DNA from: a virus
Taxonomy: Duplodnaviria; Caudoviricetes
IMG/VR virus record: IMGVR_UViG_3300019937_000005
Location: 1-34,447 of that record
Strand: one strand, 5' to 3'
DNA: 34,447 nucleotides
Each line of letters starts with the position of its first letter. The stretch's first letter is position 1. The notes beneath the pieces were generated by a model. That model saw only the letters and a program-made list of their open reading frames with translations. It made no database searches and had not been told where the DNA came from. This document shows positions 17,316 through 27,208 of this stretch, one piece after another. Made by a program: the position numbers and the translations under genes.

Positions 17316-17496
17316 CTTTCAATTGTGCTTTAGGTTTGCGTGTTGCCGGTTTTGGCTTAACCGTTTCCGCAGGAGCTTCAACAGCTCGGCCAATCCGTAA
17401 AAGCGCATTGGCTGCGCTGCTGTCCAAGTCATAGACCTTGCCTTCTTCGAGGTGTTGTTGCTGTGCGCAACAGGTCCGAACAATTAGAACGCGCAT
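17302..17496 (-). CDS. Small head-associated hypothetical protein
   Basis: Follows MCP; G.V.DL....A..LL.IGRA pattern plus basic tail. Confidence 0.7.
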   Translation of the reverse strand: MRVLIVRTCCAQQQHLEEGKVYDLDSSAANALLRIGRAVEAPAETVKPKPATRKPKAQLKDATD

Positions 17497-17499
17497 AAG

Positions 17500-17526
17500 A
17501 AAAAAAGGGGCCAGTTGCCTGGCCCC
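17500..17526 (-). terminator. Rho-independent terminator after major capsid gene
   Basis: GGGGCCAG-GCAA-CTGGCCCC followed by 7 T. Confidence 0.9.
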
Positions 17527-17535
17527 GCCTCATGA

Positions 17536-19497
17536 TCAGGTGGTCACGTCAAGGATGGCAGCGAAGCTCTCAGCGTGGCGAACCGCAACGTCATAGGAGA
17601 CAATTGCGCGAACGCTAGTCAGAGCCTTGCTGAAATCATCGGAGTCTTCACCCACAACGATCTCAATGCCATTGCCGTAGAAGCCAACCATGGCCTGGCT
17701 GAAATCACCCATCAGCACAGCGGAGCAAACGCCGGAGCTGGTGCCCTTGGTCAGGTTGCTAGGAACCTGATTGGTCACATAGAGGGGATAACCATTGACG
17801 GAAGCGGGGGTGCCGCCGCGGCCAATAGCGTTCAGCTGATCGTTCACCAGATAGGCGCCGTCGGTGGTGGTGGAACCACCAGCGCGAAGCTTCTTCAGCT
17901 CAGCAAGCACCTTGGCGTTGGTGACATACCCGATAGCGTCGCGGTTGACCGCGCCGTTATCGATCAGCACTTGCTCTTCCAGATCAACCAGAGCGTCAAC
18001 GGTGATAGCGCCACCGTTGGTTCCCAGAGCCACCGAGCCAATGCCAGAGGTGTTCAGGATGCCGGTGGGCTGGCCGGAGGAACCGGAGCCGTTGAGGATG
18101 CCCAGGTCAATGCCCAGGTTGATGCCATCGGTTAGGTCACGACGCACCAGCTCTTCAATGCCGGGGGTGGCTTGTAGCAGGGTCTGGCGGCTGTACTTGG
18201 ACAGAGCGGCCAGGTTCTTAGGCGAAAGAGTCACCTGATCAAAGGTGGACTCAGACTGAGTGATGGCGGTGGTTTCAGTGCTCAGGTAATAGGTGGAAGC
18301 CACACCAGAGCGACGGGGGATCGCCACATCACCGACCAGGCCGGTCATGGTGCGCACGCCCAAGTTCAGCATTACGGAATTGTTCCGCAATGCCTCGATG
18401 AACTCATCTGCCATCAGGTCGGTGGCAACAAGGTTGCCGCCGGTCGTGGCGCCAGAGGTGACGTAGGTGGCGCGCTTGCTCAGAGCAGAGAAGGGCACGA
18501 AGAAACCGCGCTTCCCAGACTGTGAGAAACCAGACTGTTTTTGCACTTCCTGGCTCATCTCACGAACCAAGCCAGCCTCGCGGGAAGTCCAGTCGCCGCT
18601 CAGAGCAGCGCGGATACCGGCGGAGATGCTGTAAGAAGCAGCGTCGCGCTGATCCATTTCCACCGGCTTAACGGCTTCAACGGGCTTAGCGCCGAGCTGA
18701 TCCAGCACAGCTGCGCGGGCTTCATCAATAGAACGGCCAGACTCAACGAGCTGGCGGCCCATGTCATCCAAGCCATGCTTGGAGCAAAGGGCGGTAATGC
18801 CGGCGATGCGGGAGCGCTCAGCCTCAGCGGCTTCGGCCCGCACCACCTGCAGATCAGGTGCAGTGTTTTCCATTTCTTGGATGGGTTCGGTTGATGGTGC
18901 TGCCGGAGCAGCTTGATCAGGTTTGGCCTCTTCAAAGGATCGGCCAATCCCAACGCCGGGGTCAGCCGGCACTGAGACAACACTCACCTCATAAGGAGAC
19001 CAGGCAGTAGCAACAAAATCGCCATTGCCTCGCTCCTCCATTTTGTCGATGGAGTAGCCGAAAGAGACGTTTCGCAAAACGCCATCTTTCACGTCGCCCA
19101 AGACTTCCTGAGCAAACGGGTTGCGGCTGAACCGCACCCGTGCATAACCGCGTTTTTTCTTGTCGTCGATGTATGCACGCTCAACAACGCCAATCACTCG
19201 ATCAGGGTTGTGATTAAACAGCAAGGGCGCTGAATCATTAAGGCGGCTAAGATCTGCCGCGTCCATTTCATGGCTCAAAATTTCGTTGCCGAAATAGCGA
19301 GAGACAGGAAACTCAGAGCTAAACGGAAACTCATATGTCCGGTCTTCCACCTCATCAAAGGTGGTCATCTCGGCGCGTTGATACTTGCCAGTTAGCTCGC
19401 GGGTTTCAGGCTCAACCGCTGCCATCTCATTTTCTTGGGTGTGTTCTTCGTCCACACTTCTAACGGCAATTTCTCTAATTCTATCCTTCATCTTCAA
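17536..19497 (-). CDS. Fused HK97-type prohead protease / scaffold linker / major capsid protein
   Basis: PLLFNHN, NVSFGY and EVSVVSVPAD (protease); GGNLVATD, QTLLQ and GSGSSGQPTGILN (HK97-fold MCP). Start could be slightly downstream. Confidence 0.92.
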   Translation of the reverse strand: MKMKDRIREIAVRSVDEEHTQENEMAAVEPETRELTGKYQRAEMTTFDEVEDRTYEFPFSSEFPVSRYFGNEILSHEMDAADLSRLNDSAPLLFNHNPDRVIGVVERAYIDDKKKRGYARVRFSRNPFAQEVLGDVKDGVLRNVSFGYSIDKMEERGNGDFVATAWSPYEVSVVSVPADPGVGIGRSFEEAKPDQAAPAAPSTEPIQEMENTAPDLQVVRAEAAEAERSRIAGITALCSKHGLDDMGRQLVESGRSIDEARAAVLDQLGAKPVEAVKPVEMDQRDAASYSISAGIRAALSGDWTSREAGLVREMSQEVQKQSGFSQSGKRGFFVPFSALSKRATYVTSGATTGGNLVATDLMADEFIEALRNNSVMLNLGVRTMTGLVGDVAIPRRSGVASTYYLSTETTAITQSESTFDQVTLSPKNLAALSKYSRQTLLQATPGIEELVRRDLTDGINLGIDLGILNGSGSSGQPTGILNTSGIGSVALGTNGGAITVDALVDLEEQVLIDNGAVNRDAIGYVTNAKVLAELKKLRAGGSTTTDGAYLVNDQLNAIGRGGTPASVNGYPLYVTNQVPSNLTKGTSSGVCSAVLMGDFSQAMVGFYGNGIEIVVGEDSDDFSKALTSVRAIVSYDVAVRHAESFAAILDVTT

Positions 19498-21016
19498 TCA
19501 GTTCTTCCGTCTCCTCAGCAACTGAATCCTCAACCTCAGCAAGTGGTGGCTCAGGCAATGCTGAGACTTGCTCAGAGCGGGGATCAGTATCTAAGGCAAT
19601 GCCAAGCTCATCGACCAGCTCAAGCTCAGCCTGACGCTCGGCCATCAACTCGTTGATGTCGCCACCTTGCTCAGCCACAACTTGCGCCTGAGTCTTAAAG
19701 CCACACCGCACGGCTTCCTTGTATGCCGCCACTTCCTTCTGCGGGTCAATCCAACCCCATGCACGCGGGCACCACTTGACGCGCTTGTAGCGCTCTGGCT
19801 GCGTCTCATAAGTCGGCAAATTGAGCTTCCCGCCCATCACGGCCATTTCCAGCCATGCTTCAAACACCGGCTGATGAAAATTCTCGATCAGATAACGCTG
19901 AATCGCTTTCCAGTTCTCCCGATCCTCCAGCAGGGCCAGCCGGCTGCTGCTGTAATTCGTCTGGGAATAGTCGCGGCTGCAGCTCTCGTAACTCATACCG
20001 ACACCAGCAGCTGTGGCGCGCAACATCGCCCGCATGAACGGCTCAAACTGACCATCCGGTGCGTCAAGCTGCGGAACCGTTACTGATTCGCCCGGCTGCA
20101 AATACTTAAAAACGCCTGGCTGAAAATTGCTGACCCGCTCGCCATCCATCACCTCATCACCCATCAACTCGCCCTCGGGGCTGGTGATGAATCCCATCAG
20201 GCTGCTGGCAGCACGCGCGCGCACCACCTCGGCTTCTTCATATCCAGTCAGATGGTGCAGCCGCTTGATTGCACTGGCAAACCAAGTGACGCCACGGGTC
20301 TGGCCTGGCCGATCACTGATAAACAGATGCAACACTTCGTCAGCAGGCAGCATCAGATGCCGCTTGCCGGGCGCGCCGACAAAAGGCGCATCCCCTGGAT
20401 GCTTAGCCAAAAACGCATACTGGATCGGCCGGCCAAACGCATCGACCTCAACACCCATCCGCCACTCATTGCCCGCCGCGCTGCTCTTGCCCGTGTAGGT
20501 CTCGTCGAGCTGGTCGGCTTCAATAATCTGCAGCGCAAAAGGCACCTTGCTGCCGCCAAATGGACGGCGAATAAGACGCACAAACACTTCGCCCGACTCG
20601 CACATGGCGCCAACCACCATGCGCTCAATGTCGGCAAAACACAGTTTGCCCGCTACGTCGCAATAGCTCTTATACCCCCAATACTTCCAAGCCCGCTCAA
20701 TCTGATCGTTGATCGTTTCGTCAAGCTTTCCGCCGCGCTGCATCATCACCTGCGCCTGCAGCTTGATGCCCGTGCCAATCACGTTGTTCATTACTGCGCG
20801 CTTAGCCTGCCGCGCGTAATCCGAATCACGCACCAACTGCCGCGCGCGATTGCGTAACCGGCTCAAGCTGCCATTGATCTCCGCGTCGGCACTTGTGCCG
20901 CCCGCAATCCAATCACTCAACAAGCGACCCGTTGTGGCGCCGTCATACATGCGCCGGCCGCGGCGACGGATTGGCTCAAATCCCAATGCCCGGAAAAAGC
21001 GAGTGCGGAGGCCCAT
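19481..21016 (-). CDS. Portal protein, lambda family
   Basis: LRNRARQLVRD, RPGQTRGV, DYSQTNYSSSR and WIDPQKE motifs. Confidence 0.93.
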   Translation of the reverse strand: MGLRTRFFRALGFEPIRRRGRRMYDGATTGRLLSDWIAGGTSADAEINGSLSRLRNRARQLVRDSDYARQAKRAVMNNVIGTGIKLQAQVMMQRGGKLDETINDQIERAWKYWGYKSYCDVAGKLCFADIERMVVGAMCESGEVFVRLIRRPFGGSKVPFALQIIEADQLDETYTGKSSAAGNEWRMGVEVDAFGRPIQYAFLAKHPGDAPFVGAPGKRHLMLPADEVLHLFISDRPGQTRGVTWFASAIKRLHHLTGYEEAEVVRARAASSLMGFITSPEGELMGDEVMDGERVSNFQPGVFKYLQPGESVTVPQLDAPDGQFEPFMRAMLRATAAGVGMSYESCSRDYSQTNYSSSRLALLEDRENWKAIQRYLIENFHQPVFEAWLEMAVMGGKLNLPTYETQPERYKRVKWCPRAWGWIDPQKEVAAYKEAVRCGFKTQAQVVAEQGGDINELMAERQAELELVDELGIALDTDPRSEQVSALPEPPLAEVEDSVAEETEELIEDEG

Positions 21017-21585
21017 CAGAATCGAACGAACAAGTTATGTGGATTGCCTTTGCCGTTTGCGATCAGATCAGCTGCCCGCTCACGGTTGACCTCAGCTTTC
21101 AGTTTAGATTCCAATGCAATAAGGTCCGCCAATTCATATTTCTGCAAGTTGCGTCCAGCAATGCTGTAACTCTTAACGCCACCACCGCTAACAATTGCAC
21201 GAATTGCAGCCTGCACAGCTGCTAAATCTGTTTCCGCTTGCGTCCGGCCATCCAATGCGCCAGGCGTGCCGCTGTATTCCAACGCCGCCAGCACTGTTAG
21301 CTGCCCAGCGCCCAGCGTTACCTTTTCGCTGCCATAAGTTGCCAGCGCCTGCCAATACCAATCACCAGCAGCAAACTCAGCGCTAACGCTTGCGGCAATC
21401 GTAAATTCCCAACCCGTGCCATAAGCAGATCCAACAACCGTGGCGCCCTCACTTGCTGCATTTGTGCGCAGGTAATAAGTCAGTGCCCAATCGCCGCTAT
21501 CAATTGGATTACCCAAGTTGTCTTGGCTGCCAACATCGCGCCACTTGATTGTGTCGCCTGCTCTGATTGTTCCCGGAATGTTCAC
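21016..21585 (-). CDS. gpW-like head-tail adaptor with extra N-terminal beta domain
   Basis: Between TerL and portal; C-terminal L..VQAAI..I...VKSYSIAGRNL. Confidence 0.7.
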   Translation of the reverse strand: MNIPGTIRAGDTIKWRDVGSQDNLGNPIDSGDWALTYYLRTNAASEGATVVGSAYGTGWEFTIAASVSAEFAAGDWYWQALATYGSEKVTLGAGQLTVLAALEYSGTPGALDGRTQAETDLAAVQAAIRAIVSGGGVKSYSIAGRNLQKYELADLIALESKLKAEVNRERAADLIANGKGNPHNLFVRF

Positions 21586-21587
21586 GG

Positions 21588-23444
21588 CTACCAGCTGCTA
21601 ACGAAACTGCCAGCCGTATTGGCCGCGGCTTTTCTTGATCTTAGCGGTGCCTTTTCAGGCTCTTCAAGCCTTCGTTCCAACTGATCCCAAATTGTTCGCC
21701 GATCGCGTCGCTGGTAGAGATACTGCAGGCCCGCGTAGGCATAAACCAACGTATCCAGCGCTTCGTTTCTTGCGTTTGCTTTCTTTACCCACTCGCGCAC
21801 AGGAAAGCCGCCGCGGGTGTATTTCATCACCTGCTTTTCTGCGGTCAGTTGTTGGAAATACTCGTCAGTCGTCTCCATCGGAAAATGCAAATAACCCTCG
21901 CCCGGCTCATTGTGTTTTAACCGAGCAAACAACGTTGATTTGGCCGTGTCAGTGCCGACGCTGAACACCATCGCGCCGCGCTTCATCGTCTTACCTCGCG
22001 CATTGATGTCCACCCGGCTGCCCTTGCCGATCACCTGTTTATTGCGTTGGCTGGCGCCCTTGATAGCAATCACGCCTTGCCGCGCACGCTCTCGCGCGTA
22101 CTGATAAACCTCACCAGTGAAGTGGCCGCCAGAGTCGATGCACACCACATCAGGCCGCAGTTTGCGCCCAGTCGCGTGGCCCCATTCGCGCAGCACTGCC
22201 TCATCAACTTGCTTCCACAAATCGGCACGGCTGGGATCGCCGTAAATCTCTTGGTGGTAAATCAGCCAACCCTCTTCATCACGGCCCCAAGCCCAGCCAC
22301 TAATTGCCAATCGGTTGTCCTGCACGTCAACGCCAAACGTCAGCGCCACGCTTCCTTCAGGCAGCACGCCCATCTCAAAGTGCTCGCACCGTTCGCGCAA
22401 TCCATCCGCGCTCACCTTGCTTGCATAATCCTCTTCCCATGTCTCAGCTGCCCGCGTGTTGAGCCATGTCTTAAGCGCCGGCGCATCTGCCTTTGCTCTT
22501 AAAAATTCCTCCACCATGTCGGCCCAACTGAACCAACCGAGCGGGCTATACAACCCCGACAGCTGGAAACCAGCAGTGCGGCCATCACCCGGTGCCGTCG
22601 CACGCCATTCACCACGGCGCAGCATTGCCGGTTTATGCAACTCTTCAAACCGCTCGCGGCAGTGCTCGCACTCGTAACGCGCTGTTTGCGGGTCGTTGTC
22701 GTCCCATTTCATCTGTGCCCACTTCAGCCATTGCATCGCGCCACACGATGGGCACGGCACATAAAACCGCCGCTGGTCGCTGCGCAGATATTCCGCCTCG
22801 ATCCGGCTGTGATCCTTAATTGTTGGCGTGCTCGTCAGCAGTATCTTGCGCCTGGCGAATGTTGTGGCCCGTTTCTCCGCCAAGCTAACTGGGTCACCTT
22901 CGCCATCAACATCAGCCGGGAACGCATCAATCTCGTCAGCAAAGATGTACCGGCACGGCGCAGACCGCAAACCCGTTGCTGAGTTAGCGCCCGTCAGCAG
23001 CATCATCCCGCCAGGAAATTCTTTGCTGAACATCGTGTTGCCGCTATCCCGACTGCGGGCCGGCGCGATCTTTGCCGACAGACAAGGCGTTTCGCTAATC
23101 ATCGACTCAAGCCGCTGTTTGCTAAGGCGCTTCGCCATCTCCACAGTCGGCTGCACGCACAGCATTGGCCCCGGTGCATGGTCGATCACATAACCCAGCC
23201 AGTTACTGCCAGCCTCTGTTTTGCCCGTCTGCGCTGCAAACATCATCACCACACGCTGCACAGTCGATGCCGTGCTCAAACAGTCCATCGGCTCTTGCAG
23301 ATATGGCGTCCGGCCAGTGCGCCACGGGCCAGGCTCCGCGCTTGCCTTGCTGCTCAGCAACCGATAGCCATCTGCCCACTCACTGACCGTTAGCTGCGCC
23401 TCAGGCCGCAACCCGTCCATAAATCCATCACGCCATGCACTCAT
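21588..23444 (-). CDS. Terminase large subunit, lambda GpA family
   Basis: AAQTGKTE Walker A, IFADEID Walker B, STPT, GVDVQ, IDSGG and RNEALD motifs. Confidence 0.96.
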   Translation of the reverse strand: MSAWRDGFMDGLRPEAQLTVSEWADGYRLLSSKASAEPGPWRTGRTPYLQEPMDCLSTASTVQRVVMMFAAQTGKTEAGSNWLGYVIDHAPGPMLCVQPTVEMAKRLSKQRLESMISETPCLSAKIAPARSRDSGNTMFSKEFPGGMMLLTGANSATGLRSAPCRYIFADEIDAFPADVDGEGDPVSLAEKRATTFARRKILLTSTPTIKDHSRIEAEYLRSDQRRFYVPCPSCGAMQWLKWAQMKWDDNDPQTARYECEHCRERFEELHKPAMLRRGEWRATAPGDGRTAGFQLSGLYSPLGWFSWADMVEEFLRAKADAPALKTWLNTRAAETWEEDYASKVSADGLRERCEHFEMGVLPEGSVALTFGVDVQDNRLAISGWAWGRDEEGWLIYHQEIYGDPSRADLWKQVDEAVLREWGHATGRKLRPDVVCIDSGGHFTGEVYQYARERARQGVIAIKGASQRNKQVIGKGSRVDINARGKTMKRGAMVFSVGTDTAKSTLFARLKHNEPGEGYLHFPMETTDEYFQQLTAEKQVMKYTRGGFPVREWVKKANARNEALDTLVYAYAGLQYLYQRRDRRTIWDQLERRLEEPEKAPLRSRKAAANTAGSFVSSW

Positions 23445-23974
23445 GACTCGGCCAGCTCCAGCAGCGCTGCACGGTGCTCATCCGCCAGCAACTTATGGAT
23501 CACCACCGGATCTGTTTCGCCAGCCAACTGATGGCTCAACCGATCCGCCAAATTCGCCAAGCTTTCCCGGACCGCTCGGCCAATGTTGAACGCTTCTTTT
23601 TTCACCTCGTCAACCGGCACCAACTCGCCGCGCTGTTGCGTGACCTGCAGCTTGGCTAACTCCGCTTGATAGTGCTCACGCCTTGCCCTGCTCTCATTCA
23701 GATCAGGGATCGCATCATCAGGCAATTTGTTAATTGCTGCCTCAAGCTCACCAGCATCACGCGGAGCAGGCTTTACCAGATCAGGTTCGCTCACCTTGGC
23801 ATTGTTGTTCTTCAGTGTGTTTTTGTTCCATAGCTCCAACGCCAAATCACGATCTAGCCAGCGCTTGCCATCTTTTTCAACTACTGCAGCAGCAATCCTG
23901 CTCTTACTTGCATGAGTAACCGCAGCTTTCGTGCAACCTTTGATCGTCGCTAGCTCAGCGAACGTGATCAGCAC
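23441..23974 (-). CDS. Terminase small subunit (Nu1-like)
   Basis: N-terminal HTH-like segment; RARREHYQAELAKL....RGELV; ATGA overlap with TerL. Confidence 0.85.
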   Translation of the reverse strand: MLITFAELATIKGCTKAAVTHASKSRIAAAVVEKDGKRWLDRDLALELWNKNTLKNNNAKVSEPDLVKPAPRDAGELEAAINKLPDDAIPDLNESRARREHYQAELAKLQVTQQRGELVPVDEVKKEAFNIGRAVRESLANLADRLSHQLAGETDPVVIHKLLADEHRAALLELAES

Positions 23975-24160
23975 AGAGTTAAGTGAAACTAGAACTAACT
24001 TAACTCTCTCTAAACTCCTCTAAACAGTCTTGCCCTGCGTCTATTTTGTTTTGCTTGAGACTCGTTGCGGCGCAGTGCTTTAGAGCTTTCTAGCGCTAAC
24101 GCTAAAAAAATATCGCGCGAACGAACGACCCACATCGATTAGGCCAGGAAGGACCCAAGG
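23975..24160 (-). promoter_or_regulatory. Putative cos packaging region
   Basis: GGGTCCT (identical to lambda cosQ) at 24156-24150; CTCTAAA repeats at 24008, 24018 and inverted at 24079; upstream of TerS. Confidence 0.6.
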
Positions 24161-24847
24161 TCAGCGAGCGGACGCAAGGGCTTTGCTTAACGCGGTTTGG
24201 AAGTGTTGATTGAAGCGACGCGAAATAATTTTTGCGCCAATTGCTTCGATGTTGAAGCGTCCGCTGTAGTCAGGCCTGTCTGTTGTCGCGATGAAGTAGG
24301 GGTGCAGCTGGTTACGTGAGCGGCGATAGATACCAGGAGGGCGATTGCCGCCTCGTGGTGTGCCGATGAAGAAGCCGCCGCGAGCTTCACTACTGATGCC
24401 CTTGCTGATGCGCCTGAGGGTGGCCTGTGTGACGTTGCCTGATGCGTTGAGCTTGACCAGCGACGTGGGCATGAAATAGGCGCCAGGAGGGATGGTGCCG
24501 TCGTTAGGCACCCCACGTTCGAAGAACACATCCATGCCCTTTTGCGGGCGCGATCCACCGTTGATGCCGAACCTGAGGTAACGGGCGCGGTCCTTACCTG
24601 CTTTGTCCTGTGCGTAAACGTAGGCCACTAGGTCGCGCTTCTTGGACTTTTGAACCAAGAAGGCGGACTGAGTGAACTTGACGGGGACGTGGAAGGCGCC
24701 CTTAGTGCCGGAGTTGAGCGCCTTGCGTGCGTCAAAGGCTGAGTCATTGATTGCCATGGACGTGGCGAATGGCAGCTGTTTCTGCACGGCCTTGGTCCAT
24801 GCCGTGGCTTTGCTCAGGTCCTGATCAATGGTGAGCGAGATGGGCAT
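24161..24847 (-). CDS. Basic protein resembling phage minor tail gpZ-like/tail-completion family
   Basis: KQLPFATSMAIND.AF..R...P.KFT pattern; start at MPISLTI. Confidence 0.6.
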   Translation of the reverse strand: MPISLTIDQDLSKATAWTKAVQKQLPFATSMAINDSAFDARKALNSGTKGAFHVPVKFTQSAFLVQKSKKRDLVAYVYAQDKAGKDRARYLRFGINGGSRPQKGMDVFFERGVPNDGTIPPGAYFMPTSLVKLNASGNVTQATLRRISKGISSEARGGFFIGTPRGGNRPPGIYRRSRNQLHPYFIATTDRPDYSGRFNIEAIGAKIISRRFNQHFQTALSKALASAR

Positions 24848-24904
24848 AGGTGAAGGGTACGGCGTGCGGCGAGGGGGCGCCATTGGCGGTAGCCGGGGCC
24901 TGCC

Positions 24905-25125
24905 TAAGACTGTCTCACCCGTCTCAGATGAGACAACGATGAGCCGGCCAAAACTTGCCTATCTGCTGTCCTAGTCCACCTCGGTCTTAGGAGTACCCCG
25001 TTTCCCCCCTCTCCCCTTCTTTCTATTAAATAATAATATTAAGTAGGAAGGTTAGATATATAGGAAGAAGGGCTGCAGGGCAGCCGATCTCGGGTTGCCA
25101 ACCTCAATCATCAGGTTGGCAATAG
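24905..25125. other. Putative replication origin region
   Basis: Non-coding; AT-rich tract ~25021-25062; 10-bp inverted repeat at 25095-25122; GTCTCA/TGAGAC repeats; directly after primase-helicase. Confidence 0.4.
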
Positions 25126-27152
25126 ACCCATTTCTGGATCCCGTGGACCATTTTGCGTCTCTTCTTGAGTCCCATCTCTCTCAAGATGGACGCGATTTGC
25201 ATTTGATCCGCACGAGACTGGCGCTCAACGGGCTTGCCAATGGCATCAGTCAGCAAGATCTCAGTAGTGATGGGGCATCCAGCGTTTCGCGGCGATGCGA
25301 CCCATTCCCGCACTGGAGCAAGCCATGGCGACTCCACTTGGTAGCTGGCGTTGTCTGCAGCCACTTGCCTCTCAAGCTCTGGCGGCAGGTGGTTGGGCAT
25401 TCCGGCCCGGTAGGCATGGACTGCCGCGGCCCATATCGCGTCTCGGTTGAGCAGCAGATCGTCAACCTCAATCATTCCGGCCACCCCCACTGGCACCACC
25501 CAGAACCGACGGTTGCCGGTGTCGTCGATCAGGAACCCGGTCTCTCGGTTGGTGGAGCCAACAATGATTCCGCGGCGTGGGAAGTCTTCAACGGCTTTGC
25601 CGTAGGGCACACGGTAGGTGTCGGTCTGCTGTGTAAGAAATGCCTTCACCTGGCCGGCGTGGCGCTTGCTGGTGATGGCGTCCAGTTCGGCCCATTCCAT
25701 CAGCCATGCGCGGCCAAGTAAAAGGCGATCGTCTTTGCTGTTGATGTCGCCTAAGGCATCGGAGAAGAATGGCCCGCCGAGGTTGCGCCAGAAGGTGGAT
25801 TTGCCGCAGCCCTGAGGGCCCATCAGGACCGTGGCGGCGTCATGTTTGCAACCTGGCTCGTAAATGCGCCTCACAGCGCCGATGAGGGTGCGCATGATCA
25901 TTTGGTCATAAAGCGACCCTGAGGCGTCTTGTGGGCGCAGGTAGCGGGTGCTCAGAGCGTCAATGGCGCAAGGGTCCACCTCATCAGCCACACGATCGAG
26001 ATATGCGCGGACGGGATCGAACTGGTTTTCCTTGGCTACATAGACCAGCGCATCAGCGGCTAGCTCTTTCGATGCGTTGATGCCAAGTTGCGCGAGTTGG
26101 AGGTAATAGTGCTCAATGTCGCGGATTGGCTGCTGGTCTAGCTCGATCGCTTGGGTGAAGATGTTGAACCTGATCCGACCGCCAAGTTGTTGGCGCAGCA
26201 GGGTTAATAGCTCATTCTTTTCAAGCTTGATCAGCTTTCCGCCGCTTGATTGCTGCTCAGCGGCTTGGGTTTTGGGGTGTTCAGGGCCTAAGGCACCTTT
26301 GATGGCATTGAGTGCCACTTGGCGCGGGCTAATGCCACCTGCAAGGTGGTGAAGGGTGCCAAGGCCCACCCCGTTGCTGCTGGCGTTGAAGGTGCGCCAT
26401 TTGGCTTCGCATTCGCCGGGGTGGAATTTGCCGGATGCGGCAGACCATTGGATCCAATCGGCTAGGAGTGCATCGTTGCCGACGCTGTGCAGGGCCATGC
26501 CAACGCGGACCCAATCGTCGTAATCGTCAGCAAGTGAACCGGGGATGTTGTCGAGATATGCGCGTGCGCGTTCGGTGTCGTCAACGTCTGAAGGTGTGGT
26601 GAGCAGCGGGGCCGTTTCAGTGCGCTGCATGGCAGCCAGCAGCACTGATGGAGCTTCAGCTAGAGGCAGATCACCAGGCGCGCGGCTTGATAGCCAGCGA
26701 TATGAGCCGGTGATGGGATGGCGGCCAAGGATGACGGATTGGCAGCCTGTCCAGCGCAATTCAAGTTGCTCGCCTTTGATGCTGCTGCGGAGTTTTGTGG
26801 TGCGAATCGACTCCCAAAAGGGTTGGGGTACGCGATAGATGATCTGCAGGCGGCCATCACGGCCAGAGGTGACGGCCCAGGACTTGGGCAGTTCGTGTAG
26901 CGATGTGCCAAGCGATTCGAGCACTTCGGACGCACCGAGGCCGTCGTGATCAACAAACAGCAGGCCACCAGATGCGGGGCCAGCTAGCACGCCAATGGCT
27001 ACGGCACGGCCAGCAGATAGCTCAGCTTCAACTTGTGGCTTGCTAAGTGGGTTTTTCTGCCATTGCGGCATGTAGGGCCGTTTGTCGTTGCCGACAGCGA
27101 CTAAGGCCCATTCATCGGGGATGTCTGTGAGTTGATCGGCAATTGCTGCCAT
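25104..27152 (-). CDS. Prim-Pol primase + PriCT-2 + VirE/VapE-type helicase
   Basis: LLFVDHDG; YDDWVRVGMALH...W..WS (PriCT-2); LMGPQGCGKST and DDTGNRRFWVV. Confidence 0.92.
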   Translation of the reverse strand: MAAIADQLTDIPDEWALVAVGNDKRPYMPQWQKNPLSKPQVEAELSAGRAVAIGVLAGPASGGLLFVDHDGLGASEVLESLGTSLHELPKSWAVTSGRDGRLQIIYRVPQPFWESIRTTKLRSSIKGEQLELRWTGCQSVILGRHPITGSYRWLSSRAPGDLPLAEAPSVLLAAMQRTETAPLLTTPSDVDDTERARAYLDNIPGSLADDYDDWVRVGMALHSVGNDALLADWIQWSAASGKFHPGECEAKWRTFNASSNGVGLGTLHHLAGGISPRQVALNAIKGALGPEHPKTQAAEQQSSGGKLIKLEKNELLTLLRQQLGGRIRFNIFTQAIELDQQPIRDIEHYYLQLAQLGINASKELAADALVYVAKENQFDPVRAYLDRVADEVDPCAIDALSTRYLRPQDASGSLYDQMIMRTLIGAVRRIYEPGCKHDAATVLMGPQGCGKSTFWRNLGGPFFSDALGDINSKDDRLLLGRAWLMEWAELDAITSKRHAGQVKAFLTQQTDTYRVPYGKAVEDFPRRGIIVGSTNRETGFLIDDTGNRRFWVVPVGVAGMIEVDDLLLNRDAIWAAAVHAYRAGMPNHLPPELERQVAADNASYQVESPWLAPVREWVASPRNAGCPITTEILLTDAIGKPVERQSRADQMQIASILREMGLKKRRKMVHGIQKWVYCQPDD

Positions 27153-27208
27153 ACGGCTCCGGTGCGAGTAGCCGTTAGATGATCCCCTGAGTTAGCAAGG
27201 TTGGCCAC

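Noticed and set aside
17575-23919. Many long plus-strand ORFs opposite capsid, portal and terminase genes (also 25095-25721 and those opposite fibres and tape measure)
   Set aside because: Antisense shadows of GC-rich, codon-biased genes with no recognisable motifs.
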